Positions 45,281 through 53,514 are shown, counted from the stretch's first letter. The stretch is DNA of 64,000 nucleotides from Chloroflexota bacterium (GCA_016210205.1 JACQUO010000024.1:29105-93104), one strand, 5' to 3'. Made by a program: numbers and translations. The notes: generated from the sequence alone by a model not told the origin.

Positions 45281-45976
45281 CTACTCAATCCTATCTCTCT
45301 TTTGTAAGTTGTGGCGAGCACACAAGAGTTGAATATTCTCAGCAACCAGCGAAGACCCACCCCTTGAATACGGAATGATATGGTCGAAGTGCAGGTTATC
45401 CCGACTGCCGCACCTAACACATTGTCCGTTATCCCTTTTCCAAACTTCCAACTTGACCCCACTAGGAATCAGCCGAGTATGCTCAATATCTGTGTCTGAA
45501 TCACCAGATGCGAGGTCTTCATCCGTCACGGTCAACTTAAACTTGAATACTCTTCTAGAATTACTGTTTTCTAACCACGCGTCCTCTAATTTGAAGACTC
45601 CGTTATAGACCCAAACGCCTGCTCGAATCTTTTCGTAAACTCTTACGAGTTCGGGGGGGTGACCGTTCCTAAACCTTATCGCTGCCTGGTAGAAGAGTCC
45701 ATTTTGGGTCAGGCCGCCAGCAGGGTTAGTCATAGGCTGATTATTTGTTTTGGGGTTCGGGCCACCTTTGGTGCTTTGCAAATCATGACCTTCGTAAATC
45801 AACACAGTCCCATCATCTTCAATCCGATCGGCGTAAGGAGCGCCTTTTCTAATACTCATCAAAAGTACCGAATAGTCACCCCTAAGCCGGTAATTCATGC
45901 CCCGCTGAAGGTTGACTCCTTCCTCTGCGCACATTGATAAATAAGATACAACCTCTCCACGACTTATCACCATCAA
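45281..45976 (-). CDS. SRA/YDG-like (PUA-fold) domain fused to an HNH nuclease; architecture of modification-dependent type IV restriction enzymes
   Basis: The C-terminus CVRCGSRDNLHFDHIIPYSRGGSSLVAENIQLLCARHNLQKRDRI is an HNH motif. The N-terminal LIYEGHD...Q....NGLF and ELVRVYEKIRAGVWVYNGVFKLEDAWLENSNSRRVFKFKL resemble the SRA pattern vRV.R....y.YdGlY.v...w.e.g..g..v.kF.L. Confidence 0.7.
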   Translation of the reverse strand: MMVISRGEVVSYLSMCAEEGVNLQRGMNYRLRGDYSVLLMSIRKGAPYADRIEDDGTVLIYEGHDLQSTKGGPNPKTNNQPMTNPAGGLTQNGLFYQAAIRFRNGHPPELVRVYEKIRAGVWVYNGVFKLEDAWLENSNSRRVFKFKLTVTDEDLASGDSDTDIEHTRLIPSGVKLEVWKRDNGQCVRCGSRDNLHFDHIIPYSRGGSSLVAENIQLLCARHNLQKRDRIE

Positions 45977-46139
45977 TTACCCTGCGTCAAACTAGTATTT
46001 TCATGTTGTTGTATTTCCACTCCATTCAGAGTTAAGGCGAGCTCAACCGATACGAGAACAGTACGCCCAAGCGGAAGTCGTCGGCCAAGGCGCGCGCGTC
46101 ACCCGCCTTTACCTCTAGCCGTCTCTATTTTTCGGAGAC

Positions 46140-46352
46140 CTACCGCCGCTTGGTCTCCTTGGCGGCGTCGTCGGCGGTGACGGTGACATCCCCCGCCGGG
46201 AAGGTGCCCACCTTCTTGCCGCAGCCCCGCCAGCCCCCCTTCTTGTCGGACATGACCCCGGACCAGAGGATGACACTGCCCTCCTTGAAGTCCACGAACT
46301 TGCCCGTATGGGTCTTGCCACCGCTCTTCTTTTCCACAACCTTCACTGCCAT
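46140..46352 (-). CDS. Small Lys/Gly-rich hypothetical protein
   Basis: 70-aa ORF with an AGGAGGGGG Shine-Dalgarno 3-5 nt upstream and GC-rich codon usage. No family was recognised. Confidence 0.45.
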   Translation of the reverse strand: MAVKVVEKKSGGKTHTGKFVDFKEGSVILWSGVMSDKKGGWRGCGKKVGTFPAGDVTVTADDAAKETKRR

Positions 46353-46397
46353 ATCCCCCTCCTGAGAGCACCCCCGTAAGGCCCTAATGCCTTTTCC

Positions 46398-47000
46398 CTA
46401 CTTCACACCGTCGCGCTGGAGCTGGCGCACCACATTGCGCCCCAGGCGGAAGGCGTCCGCCATGGCTCGCTCGTCCCCGGCGACACGCCCCTTGTCCGCC
46501 TGGGGGTTCTCCTCGGGGTCGGCCTCCGCCACCCCGGCGCCGCCGCTGTGGGCCACCAGGCCCCCCACGGGATGCATGCGGTGGAGCACCATGAAGCCCT
46601 CCATGAGCATGTTGGCGTTGCCCGCACCGGCCCGCCCCGCCACGGCGATGACGCCCCCCACCTTGCCTCGCAGGTTGGTGGCGTTGCGGAGGAAGAGATA
46701 GGTTCTATCCATGACTATCTTAGCCTGGGCCGTCACGGAGTAGAAATACACCGGCGTGCCCATGACGATGCCCTGGGCCTCGGCCAGCTTAGGGTAGAGC
46801 GCCTGCATGTCGTCCTTGATGTGGCACTTCATGGTGCGGCGGCAGGCCGCGCAGCCGTCGCAGGGCCGCAGGTCTCTGCCCGCCACGGAGAAGAGCTCCG
46901 TCTCCGCCCCGTGCTCCGCGGCGGCGCGGAGGGCCTCCTGCACCAGAACCTCGGTGTTGCCGCCCTTGCGGGGACTGCAGACAATGCCCAATACCTTCAC
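46398..47000 (-). CDS. Iron-sulfur flavoprotein / NADPH-dependent FMN reductase family
   Basis: VKVLGIVCSPRKGGNTE...CDGCAACRRTMKCHIKDDM...GTPVYFYSVTAQAK. I prefer GTG at 47000, which has a GGAGA Shine-Dalgarno. The ORF is open to 47042. Confidence 0.8.
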   Translation of the reverse strand: MKVLGIVCSPRKGGNTEVLVQEALRAAAEHGAETELFSVAGRDLRPCDGCAACRRTMKCHIKDDMQALYPKLAEAQGIVMGTPVYFYSVTAQAKIVMDRTYLFLRNATNLRGKVGGVIAVAGRAGAGNANMLMEGFMVLHRMHPVGGLVAHSGGAGVAEADPEENPQADKGRVAGDERAMADAFRLGRNVVRQLQRDGVK

Positions 47001-47077
47001 CTGATGTCTCCTTCTAGAATATGCCGGCGTCAGTTGCGCCAAGCGTTTCCCGTATTATACCAGCGTCCCAGCCCAGA

Positions 47078-47190
47078 GGGATACCTCATCCCCCTGGCCC
47101 CCTTCTCCTGCAGGAGAAGGGGGGAAGACGAGAGTTCTGGGGGACACCCCCAGTCCCCTGCCAGAGGGGCTTGGCCCCTCTGGGCTCCCC
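47078..47190 (+). repeat. Three-hairpin intergenic repeat (family 1), best-preserved copy
   Basis: CCCCCTTCTCC-TGCA-GGAGAAGGGGG (47098-47123), CTGGGGGACACCCCCAG (47137-47153) and CCAGAGGGG-CTTGG-CCCCTCTGG (47161-47183). Degenerate HP2-like fragments follow up to about 47400. Confidence 0.85.
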
Positions 47191-47461
47191 CGTTCGCGCC
47201 AGGCCGTGATGGGGGCAGAGGACACCCCTTCAGACCCTCGGCAGGGAGAACCCTGCACCCCAGATGCGAGAAGGGAAGGTTGATGGTGGAGGACATCCCC
47301 CGGCAGGCTCAGACCAGCCTGAGGCGGGCTGTGGGCCCCTGCACCTGCAACGGGCAGAGGAGAGACAGGGAGACCTGGAGAACACCCCCACGCTCCATTG
47401 AAAGAACTGCCAAAGGGCCACACCCATGCACTGGGACGACCACCAAGGGCGACGAGTCGCC

Positions 47462-48052
47462 CTACTGCTTGCCCGTCTGGAGCACGCGGACTATCATGCC
47501 CCCCATCCAGCGAGCGTCCCTCATGGCGCGCTCGTTGCCCCGGATGCGGCCCTTGTCCCCGCCTGCGCCTTCGCCGCCCCCCTCCTGGCCGCCGGTGCGC
47601 CCCAGGATGCCCCCCACCACATGCATGCGGTGCATGATGAGGAAGGACTGCAGGTAGGTGAGGGTGGCGGTGCCCCCGGCCTGGGCCGCCACAGCGATGG
47701 CCCCGGCCACCTTGTTCTTGAGGCGCCGGTCACGGCTGTGGAGATGGGCCGTGGTGCGGTCGATGACCGCCTTGGCCTGGGCGCTGGGCCCGTAGAAGTA
47801 GACCGGCGAGGCGAGGATGAGGCCGTCGGCGGCCAGCATCTTCTCGGAGAGCTCCTGCATGTCGTCCTTGATGTGGCAGATGCCCTTGTCGTGGCAGGTG
47901 GCGCAGCCGTCGCAGAAGGAGAGCTTCTTCTTGGCCACCTGCCAGAGCTCCACCTCGGCCCCTCGCTCCTGGGCCGCATTCAGGGCCTCCTGGAGCATAA
48001 TCTCCGTGTTGCCCCGCACCCGGGGGCTGGCACAAATCCCCAAGACCTTCAT
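47462..48052 (-). CDS. Iron-sulfur flavoprotein / NADPH-dependent FMN reductase family (paralog)
   Basis: MKVLGICASPRVRGNTE...CDGCATCHDKGICHIKDDM...ASPVYFYGPSAQAK is collinear with 46398..47000. Confidence 0.8.
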   Translation of the reverse strand: MKVLGICASPRVRGNTEIMLQEALNAAQERGAEVELWQVAKKKLSFCDGCATCHDKGICHIKDDMQELSEKMLAADGLILASPVYFYGPSAQAKAVIDRTTAHLHSRDRRLKNKVAGAIAVAAQAGGTATLTYLQSFLIMHRMHVVGGILGRTGGQEGGGEGAGGDKGRIRGNERAMRDARWMGGMIVRVLQTGKQ

Positions 48053-48078
48053 AGAACCTGACCTCCTCACGCCTGATA

Positions 48079-48918
48079 CTATCCCAACGCCTCATACTCC
48101 TGCTTCAGCAGGAGGGCGTCCTCCTCCAAATTGGGGCTCTCACAGATGACCATGCCCGCCACGCCCATGTCTTTCAGGGCCCGCAGAAAATCACGATAGT
48201 TGAAGTCCGATTTCTGCAGCACGAGGTGCTTCCGCTCTCCCCTCTTCCCGTACTCGATGCCCGAAACATGAAAGAGCATGTTCCCCATGGCTTGCCGTCC
48301 CAGACGGCCCTCCACCTGGCGGAAGATAGCCATGAACTCCTCATAGGTGTTGACAGCCCCGGTGCGGGCGTGCTGGTGAGAGATATCCAGAGTGAAGAGC
48401 ACCCCCTCCAGCTCCGAGGCCAGGTCCAGGAGCTCCACCAGGCTGCCGAACTGGGTGGGCTTGCCCATGAGCTCGGGCCGGAGCGTCACTGCCACCCCTT
48501 CCTCTCGCAGCTGGTCTTGGATGGCCCGGACCTGGTCTCGCACCTTACCATAGACCTGAGCAGGGTCATCGCCCAGGTAAAAGGCGGGGTGAAAGGTGAT
48601 GTCACGGGCACCGCAGAGGGCGCCCACCCGGGCGGTCTGGAGGATGCGCTCCCGGCTGGCGGCCAGCTTGTCTGGCTCGTGGGCGTTGAGGTTGATGGCG
48701 TAGGGGGCGTGGGCGCTGAGGCGAAGGCCCGCGGACGTCGCCGCCTTCCCCACGTCCCGGGCCGCGGCCTGGCCCAGGCGCACCCCCTGGACGAACTCAA
48801 TCTCCATACAGCCCAGCCCCAGTCCCTTCACCACGGGGAGGGCAGCCCGGGTGGAGATGCCCTTGGCCCTTACGGGCACTCCGGCGGTGCCAAAAAGCAA
48901 CTGCTTCCCCGCGGCCAA
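48079..48918 (-). CDS. Endonuclease IV-like TIM-barrel protein (AP endonuclease family 2)
   Basis: LSAHAPYAINLNA matches the Endo IV signature H-x2-Y-x-IN-L-A. ITFHP, TLDISHQHA and FHVSG supply the further metal-ligand-like His positions. Confidence 0.6.
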   Translation of the reverse strand: MAAGKQLLFGTAGVPVRAKGISTRAALPVVKGLGLGCMEIEFVQGVRLGQAAARDVGKAATSAGLRLSAHAPYAINLNAHEPDKLAASRERILQTARVGALCGARDITFHPAFYLGDDPAQVYGKVRDQVRAIQDQLREEGVAVTLRPELMGKPTQFGSLVELLDLASELEGVLFTLDISHQHARTGAVNTYEEFMAIFRQVEGRLGRQAMGNMLFHVSGIEYGKRGERKHLVLQKSDFNYRDFLRALKDMGVAGMVICESPNLEEDALLLKQEYEALG

Positions 48919-48928
48919 CTGCTGGCCC

Positions 48929-49984
48929 TTAACGATGGGGCTGAGGCGAGGCCCCCGCCGGGGCGCGGGCAGGGAGGCTGTGGCCGAAGATGGGGGCCAT
49001 CTCCGCCAGACGGGCCATGAGCTGCTCGAAGTTCTCGAAGGTCAGGGACTGGGCCCCGTCCTTGAGGGCCACATCGGGGTTGGGATGAACCTCCACCATG
49101 ATGCCATCGGCCCCGGCGGCCACCGCGGCCAGGGCCAAGGGGGTCACCAGGTACCACTTGCCGCTGCCGTGGGACGGGTCGGCGATAATGGGCAGGTGGC
49201 TCACCTTGTGGATGATGGGGATGGCGCTGACATCAAAGGTGTTGCGGGTGTAGGTCTCGAAGGTGCGGATGCCCCGTTCGCAGAGAATCACCTGACGGTT
49301 GCCCGTGGCCAGGATATACTCCGAGGCCAGGAGCCACTCCTGGATGGTGGAGGACAGGCCGCGCTTGAGCATCACGGGCTTGCCCGTCTTGCCCACCTCC
49401 TCCAGGAGGATGAAGTTCTGCATGTTGCGGGCCCCCAACTGGAGGATGTCAGCGTAGCGAGCCACCAGCTCCACGTCCCGCACCGTGAGCACCTCGGTGA
49501 TGAGGGGGAGGCCCGTCTCCTTCCGGGCGGTCGCCAGGATTTTGAGCCCTTCCTCCCCCAAGCCGCGGAAGGAGTAGGGCGAGGTGCTGGGCTTGAAGGC
49601 GCCGCCGCGGAGGATGTTGGCCCCAGCGGCCTTGACGGCCCGGGCGGTGGAGAGGACCTGCTCCTCGGTCTCCACGGCGCAGGGGCCGGCCATGACCGTG
49701 AGCTCTCCGCCCCCGACGGACACCCCCCCCACCTGTACGACGGTGCTCTCAGGCTGGAACTCCCGGCTGGAGAGCTTGTAGGGTCGGCTGATGGGAATGA
49801 CATCCTCCACCCCGGCAAGCATCTCCAGCATATCTTTGAGCTCGGGGTGAGTCTGGCCCACCACCCCCACTACCGTGCGCTCTATCCCCTGAGAGAGATG
49901 CCCCGAGAGGCCGATGTCGGTGATGCGCCTCAGCACCTCATCCAGTTGGGCCTGGGTGGCGGATTTCTTCATAACCACAATCAT
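48929..49984 (-). CDS. 3-deoxy-7-phosphoheptulonate (DAHP) synthase, type I-beta with an N-terminal ferredoxin-like regulatory domain
   Basis: [18 protein letters not shown]..(FL/ACT-like domain), then [37 protein letters not shown] and DPSHG motifs. The start is at MIVVMKK. Confidence 0.88.
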   Translation of the reverse strand: MIVVMKKSATQAQLDEVLRRITDIGLSGHLSQGIERTVVGVVGQTHPELKDMLEMLAGVEDVIPISRPYKLSSREFQPESTVVQVGGVSVGGGELTVMAGPCAVETEEQVLSTARAVKAAGANILRGGAFKPSTSPYSFRGLGEEGLKILATARKETGLPLITEVLTVRDVELVARYADILQLGARNMQNFILLEEVGKTGKPVMLKRGLSSTIQEWLLASEYILATGNRQVILCERGIRTFETYTRNTFDVSAIPIIHKVSHLPIIADPSHGSGKWYLVTPLALAAVAAGADGIMVEVHPNPDVALKDGAQSLTFENFEQLMARLAEMAPIFGHSLPARAPAGASPQPHR

Positions 49985-50006
49985 GGCAAAGCCTCTTGGG
50001 GCAGAC

Positions 50007-50381
50007 TTACCTCGTCTTAGCGGGCGTGACACTGGCCCTCAGGTTCACGGCCCCTTTAAGATAGACGAATTTGATGTCGCTGTTTTTCTTGTTGGTGTTG
50101 ACCAGGAGCATGACGCGGACGCACTTGGGGAGGCCCCCGGGCACATCCATCTCGTGGGTGCACATGAGGGCCACCTCAAGCCAGCCCATCTCCCGGGCAG
50201 CCACCGCCGGGAACTCGGCATTCAGGTCCGGAGAGGTGGTGAAGAGGGCAAAGGCCACATCGTCGGGGCCAATGTCATTGGCCTTCATCATCCCGGCCAG
50301 CAGCTCTTTGGTGGCGGCGAGGACTTCCTCTCGGGTATTGTGCTCCACCGTGGTGGCGCCGCGAATGCCTCTAACCCACAT
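50007..50381 (-). CDS. aroH: Chorismate mutase, AroH class
   Basis: [28 protein letters not shown]...[13 protein letters not shown]...[17 protein letters not shown] is the canonical AroH-type monofunctional chorismate mutase pattern. Confidence 0.88.
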   Translation of the reverse strand: MWVRGIRGATTVEHNTREEVLAATKELLAGMMKANDIGPDDVAFALFTTSPDLNAEFPAVAAREMGWLEVALMCTHEMDVPGGLPKCVRVMLLVNTNKKNSDIKFVYLKGAVNLRASVTPAKTR

Positions 50382-50553
50382 CAGTCTCCGCTCCTTCCTT
50401 GAGCCAGGGCCCTGGGCCAAAGGAAAAGCTCCCCCAAGGTTAGCTCAAGCCTAGAGATTTCCAAAAATCATAGCACGCCTGCCAATCCTTGGCAACAACC
50501 CCCTGACAAGGACCATCCTCAAGAAACACCCAGGTTTTCCTCTCCACAAGGGA

Positions 50554-50583
50554 TTGACAAATCAAGGATGATAAGCATAACAT
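50554..50583 (+). promoter_or_regulatory. Sigma-70-like promoter of the blaI-like operon
   Basis: TTGACA (50554-50559), a 17-18 nt spacer, then ATAACAT. Confidence 0.4.
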
Positions 50584-50591
50584 GGGCTGAG

Positions 50592-50610
50592 ATACTACAT
50601 CATTTAGTAT
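50592..50610 (+). promoter_or_regulatory. Candidate operator dyad for the BlaI-family repressor
   Basis: ATACTA-CATCATT-TAGTAT is a perfect 6-bp inverted repeat just downstream of the -10. It contains a TACA, as in BlaI/MecI boxes. Confidence 0.35.
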
Positions 50611-50648
50611 ATACCTATCGGGTCTGGCCTATATCTTCAGGCCCAGGG

Positions 50649-51086
50649 ATGACCCAAGAAAGAGTAGCGGAGTTGCCCAGGAAAAGGGAAGCCCGCTGGG
50701 AAGCCCAATACCAGCCTATGGGCCCGAGAGAGGCCGAAGTGATGGACATCCTGTGGCGCGATGGCCCGGCCACCGTAGCCCAGGTGCGGGAGAAGCTCCA
50801 GGGCCCACGCCCTGCAGCCTACACTACCATCATGACCATCATGGTGCGCCTCCGTCAAAAGGGGCTCCTGCGCCGGGCTCGCGCTGGCAACGCCTATATC
50901 TACAGTCCGTCCTTGAGCCGAGATGAAGTCTGGCATGCGGCGGCCCGGGGCTTCTTCGATGGCCTCATGGGTGCCCTGGGAAAGGCGGCCCTGGTCCCCT
51001 TCGTGGAACGACTGGCCCAGTTGGATAAAGAGGCCCTGGCTGAGCTGGAGAGTTTGCTCCAGGACTACCGCAAGAAGAGGGAGTAG
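50649..51086 (+). CDS. BlaI/MecI/CopY-family winged-helix repressor
   Basis: EAEVMDILWRDGPATVAQVREKL......AYTTIMTIMVRLRQKGLLRR......YIYSP is the family pattern. I chose the ATG at 50649, downstream of the promoter. There is no CopY-type C-terminal Cys motif. Confidence 0.82.
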   Translation: MTQERVAELPRKREARWEAQYQPMGPREAEVMDILWRDGPATVAQVREKLQGPRPAAYTTIMTIMVRLRQKGLLRRARAGNAYIYSPSLSRDEVWHAAARGFFDGLMGALGKAALVPFVERLAQLDKEALAELESLLQDYRKKRE

Positions 51087-52060
51087 TGTTCACCGCCAAG
51101 TCCCTACTTGAAACCGCCAACATCTACATGGTGGAGAACATATTCCAGACTCTGGTGGCCTTCATCCTGGTCTGGGGCCTCATCCTATTGTTTCGGATTA
51201 GAAATCCGGCCTTCAGGGCCAATCTCCTCTTCCTGGCGATGGCCTTGCCCCTGGTGGGCCCTCCTCTCTTCTATCTGGCCGTGCCCTCCCGGGCCAGCCT
51301 GCCCCTTCTGCCCCTGGACCGCCTCTTGGCCCTGAGCACCTATTTCGACGCCTATCCCTGGTGGCAGACCATGGTCACCCTCCTCACCCTGGCCCTGGGC
51401 CTGACCTTGGCCTTTCTCCTGGCCAAGGGGGCCCTGTCCCTGCTGGCCCTCTGGTATCTCCCCCGCCACCTGGGACGGCTGGAGCCGGGCCAGCACCCCC
51501 AATTCGAGGCGATGTTGAGCCAGCTGCTGGAGCGAGGGGGAATGGAGCGGCCAGTTGTCCTGGTGTCGGTGGCCCCCGGATACCTCTGCGCCACCATGGG
51601 CCTCCTCCGGCCCTATCTGGTGCTGAGCCGTGAGGCCCTCCGGGGCCTGGCCCCCGCAGAGCTGCGGGCCGTCCTGGCCCACGAGTTGGCCCATATCCAG
51701 CGTCGGGATAGCCGGCGGGCTTTCCTCCTCACCAGCCTGAGCCATATCCTCTGCTTCAACCCCATGGCGTGGGCGCTCCGCCGCCAAATCCTGCTGGAGA
51801 CAGAGTTGGCCGCCGACCAGGGGGCCCGGGCTATGGGCATCGCTGGCTACGACTATGCCCACAGCCTCATCCAGTTCAGCCAAAGGAGCGCTGCCCAGGC
51901 CCTGGGAGTGGGGAGTCCCTTCGGCGACAGCCACCACGGCCTGAAACGGCGGCTCCAGGAAGCCCTGAAAGCGGCCCCGAGGGGGCCAGTCCGCCATCAC
52001 TCCCTGGGCCTGGCGGGCGCGGCCTCCTTGGTTCTGGTGGCCACCTTCCTGATTTGTTGA
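51086..52060 (+). CDS. M56-family (BlaR1-like) membrane zinc metalloprotease, short form without an extracellular sensor domain
   Basis: About 4 TM segments plus LAHELAHIQRRD (HExxH). At 324 aa it ends soon after the protease domain. Its start overlaps the repressor stop. Confidence 0.8.
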   Translation: MFTAKSLLETANIYMVENIFQTLVAFILVWGLILLFRIRNPAFRANLLFLAMALPLVGPPLFYLAVPSRASLPLLPLDRLLALSTYFDAYPWWQTMVTLLTLALGLTLAFLLAKGALSLLALWYLPRHLGRLEPGQHPQFEAMLSQLLERGGMERPVVLVSVAPGYLCATMGLLRPYLVLSREALRGLAPAELRAVLAHELAHIQRRDSRRAFLLTSLSHILCFNPMAWALRRQILLETELAADQGARAMGIAGYDYAHSLIQFSQRSAAQALGVGSPFGDSHHGLKRRLQEALKAAPRGPVRHHSLGLAGAASLVLVATFLIC

Positions 52061-52173
52061 GGGTTTTTTTGCCCCAAATTACGACAACTTGTAGCACGAG
52101 AGGGGGAGGTGAGGCAACAACAGAATTACGGCAAGACTCCTGGCATTTTCAGAAAACAGAAAGGAAGTGAAGG

Positions 52174-53040
52174 ATGCGGACTTTCCCATTCGGCAAAGGG
52201 GCAATCCTGGGAGCCTTGATTGTGGGGCTGCTGGTGACAGCGGCCTGCGCCGGCCCTGCTGGCCCCGCCGGGCCCAAGGGCGACGCGGGCCCCCCAGGGC
52301 CAGCGGGCAAGACACCCACCACCGCGGAGCTCAAGGCGCTCATCGCTGAGGCACTGCGAGGAGCACCGGCAACGGTTGCCAGCATCGCCCGGGGCGGTCG
52401 CCTCTACGACCATTGGACTGAGGAGGCTAAAGTCGCCGTCCCAGCGGGCAACCAGCCCCTCTGGGCCACCCAGACCACCAACACCCGCACCGGGGACGAC
52501 ACCTGGCGCTGCAAGGAGTGCCACGGCTGGGACTACAAGGGGGTAGGAGGCGCCTACGGCTCTGGCTCCCACAAGACGGGGTTTGTCGGCGTCTATGACG
52601 CTGGCACTTCCAAGTCTCAAGAGCAACTTCTGGGGATTCTGAGCGGGAGCACCAATGCTCGCCACGACTTCTCCAAAGTGCTCGATGGACAATCCCTTAC
52701 CGACTTGGCCAACTTCCTCAGCCAGAGCCTGATAAACGAGACCCCATACATAGATTATGCCACCAAGAAGCCCATCGGGGGCAACGCCACCAAGGGTAAG
52801 ACCCTCTTCGATGCCACCTGTGTCGCCTGCCACGGTGCCGACGGCAAAACGCTCAACTTCGGCGACGCGGCGGCACCCGAGTATCTGGGCACCACGGCCA
52901 CCGATAACCCCTGGGAGACTATAAACAAGATCCGCTTCGGGCAGCCCGGCAAATCCATGCCCTCGGGCGCGGTGAACGGCTGGAGCATGCAGGATGTGGT
53001 GGATGTCCTGACCTACGCCCAGACCCTGCCCACCAAGTAG
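52174..53040 (+). CDS. Diheme c-type cytochrome lipoprotein with a short collagen-like Gly-X-Y linker
   Basis: Signal/lipobox LLVTAAC (Cys25). GPAGPAGPKGDAGPPGPAG follows immediately. There are two CxxCH motifs, CKECH and CVACH. Confidence 0.8.
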   Translation: MRTFPFGKGAILGALIVGLLVTAACAGPAGPAGPKGDAGPPGPAGKTPTTAELKALIAEALRGAPATVASIARGGRLYDHWTEEAKVAVPAGNQPLWATQTTNTRTGDDTWRCKECHGWDYKGVGGAYGSGSHKTGFVGVYDAGTSKSQEQLLGILSGSTNARHDFSKVLDGQSLTDLANFLSQSLINETPYIDYATKKPIGGNATKGKTLFDATCVACHGADGKTLNFGDAAAPEYLGTTATDNPWETINKIRFGQPGKSMPSGAVNGWSMQDVVDVLTYAQTLPTK

Positions 53041-53060
53041 ACCTTTCAGGACCACGGTAC

Positions 53061-53098
53061 AGGGGCGGGCCGCCTAAGGCGGCCCGCCCCTGGCTTTT
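53061..53098 (+). terminator. Intrinsic terminator after the cytochrome c gene
   Basis: AGGGGCGGGCCGCC-TAA-GGCGGCCCGCCCCT is a perfect 14-bp stem, followed by GGCTTTTTA. Confidence 0.8.
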
Positions 53099-53109
53099 TA
53101 TCCATCCCT

Positions 53110-53514
53110 GTGCGGTTCTTCTGGCCTCAAGCCTGTGCTATAATAGGCACAAAAGGGGGGAACGAGAGTCTGGAAGCAGAGCAACTGGCCCGAAGGGTCG
53201 TAGATATCGCCGTGGACCAACAGGCGGGAGATATCCTGATGCTGGACATCAGGGGGATAAGCTCCTTCGCCGATTTTTTTGTCCTCTGCACCGGCGAGTC
53301 CACCCGCCAGATTAAGGCCATCGCCGCAAGCATCGACGAGCTTCTGAGCCAAGAGGGGGCTGCGCCCAGACGCCAAGAGGGGGAGGCGGAGTCGGGCTGG
53401 GTGCTCCTGGACTGCGGCGATGTGGTGGCCCACATCTTTGCCCCTCAGGAGCGGGCCTACTACCAGCTGGAGAGCCTTTGGAGCAAGGGCAAGCCCCTGG
53501 TCAGGATTCAATGA
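53110..53514 (+). CDS. rsfS: Ribosome silencing factor RsfS (iojap family)
   Basis: GDILMLDIRGISSFADFFVLCTGESTRQIKAIA and WVLLDCGDVVAHIF..ERAYY.LE.LW motifs. The true start is probably downstream of 53110, because a TATAAT at 53139-53144 lies inside the ORF-track N-terminus. Confidence 0.8.
   Translation: MRFFWPQACAIIGTKGGNESLEAEQLARRVVDIAVDQQAGDILMLDIRGISSFADFFVLCTGESTRQIKAIAASIDELLSQEGAAPRRQEGEAESGWVLLDCGDVVAHIFAPQERAYYQLESLWSKGKPLVRIQ

Larger units (their letters stand above)
44589..46090. other. AT-rich accessory islet (TA pair, pyrD 5' remnant, SRA-like/HNH nuclease)
   Basis: This is the only stretch of the window that is visibly AT-rich by eye. It has different codon usage, is flanked by GC-rich core genes, and contains no integrase or transposase. 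Confidence 0.55.
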
